The notes under the pieces: generated by a model | The model's input: the letters and a program-made list of their open reading frames with translations, nothing else | Told to the model about the DNA's origin: nothing | The model's database searches: none | Translations under genes and position numbers: made by a program | In this document: positions 62,987-64,000 of the stretch, piece after piece | Layout of the letters: each line of letters begins with the position of its first letter | How positions within the stretch are numbered: position 1 is the stretch's first letter | Assembly: GCF_018350175.1 (NCBI RefSeq) | Contig: NC_058373.1 | Span: forward strand, 112,036,001-112,100,000 | Origin: Felis catus | Taxonomy: Eukaryota | Direction: 5' to 3' | Length of the DNA stretch: 64,000 nt

Positions 62987-63049
62987 CTAGTTGTATAACT
63001 GACAGGATTCTTCAGATTCTCCCACTAGCTAACCACAGCCCTTTGAATC

Positions 63050-63510
63050 AGTTATTAGTTTCTGTAAGTGATTTTTTTGCTAATTTCTTCACTTTTTGAC
63101 ATAAGAAATATCACAGTACTTTTTTGGTAAACAAATGGGGTTTTATTTTTCTCATCGGACAAGAAGGTTTGAGATGGGCTGTTGCTGATCTTATTTCAGT
63201 GGCTCAACAGTGCTATTGAGGATCTGGATTCCTTCTGTTTCTGTTCCACCAATGGTAGCATTGTTAGCTTTTCCTCCTCATGTGCCTCCTGGTCACAAGG
63301 TGACAGCCATACTCCAGGCATCGTAGGCAAGTTCAAGGAGAGAAGAAGGCCATAGGTAAGCTCTCCTCTCCTGCCTGTACCTCTTATCAGGAAAGCAGAG
63401 CATTTTCAGATACCAAAGCAGACTTTCCCTTGCATCTTACTGGCCAGGAATAGTTCACGTGATCACCTCCAGCTATAAGCAGTGCTGGGAAATTTGGTAT
63501 CTAGCTTTCA
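63050..63510 (-). mobile_element. MLT1J-like MaLR LTR
   Basis: ggtcacaaggtgacagcc..ctccaggcatc..tggccaggaatag..gctgggaaa. Confidence 0.65.
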
Positions 63511-64000
63511 TTTTTGTGCTTGGTTGTCCTCTTTTCCTGTTTCAATCATTACCAAGTTCATTTTTTTTCCTTCTCTTTTGCACCTAGCACAGTCTCCTTT
63601 TACTTGTTCAGGAAGTCACCTTTTTAGCTCACTAGAGATACTACATGCTATTTTCTCTGAACATACTATCCAGAGGAAAAGCTTGTACTGGCAGCTCCCA
63701 GTTGTCTTTTAACTTTCCTCTTTATTGGGAGGCATGGTATGTCCTGACCAATAGCAAAAACTTTAGCTGTAATAACTCTGCGGAATAAAAGAAAACCTGT
63801 GTTGGTGTATGCCAAATAGTAAAGATCAGATCCTGGCAGATCTAAAATGGAACTTGAACAGGATCTTCAGATAAGTTGCAACAAAGACTATCATGTCATA
63901 ATTTTTTAAAGAGGGTTGGAAGGTAATGCTTCAGGTCAGACAGGACTCAAAAACAATGGCAAAGAAGAGTGAGAAGACCACATGTACCAAGGCTGACCAT

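Overview
Mammalian, AT-rich genomic DNA from a carnivore, most likely a felid: it carries many tRNA-derived Can-SINEs of the feline type and young feline-type L1 3' ends. I found no credible host protein-coding exon, RNA gene or CpG island. The ORFs in the track that resemble anything are L1 ORF2 or SINE pieces. The window reads as intergenic or deep-intronic: a dense, often nested set of transposon fossils (L1 of several ages, HAL1, L2, L3/CR1, MIR, MaLR/ERVL/ERV1 solo LTRs, hAT and mariner elements) interleaved with TE-free blocks rich in developmental TF motifs. Highlights: (1) a perfect DR5 retinoic-acid response element at 57736-57752 in an enhancer-like block, plus several PBX-HOX/MEIS motif blocks; (2) an apparent young-into-old chimeric L1 with a duplicated 3' end inside a single TSD pair (8389-10180); (3) an unexplained diverged ~130-bp direct repeat 1.9 kb apart (10826 and 12719); (4) several small insertion or template-switch scars. 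Repeat family names come from my recall of consensus sequences and need Dfam/RepeatMasker confirmation. Enhancer calls are motif-based inference. I cannot support a novel biological system from the sequence alone.
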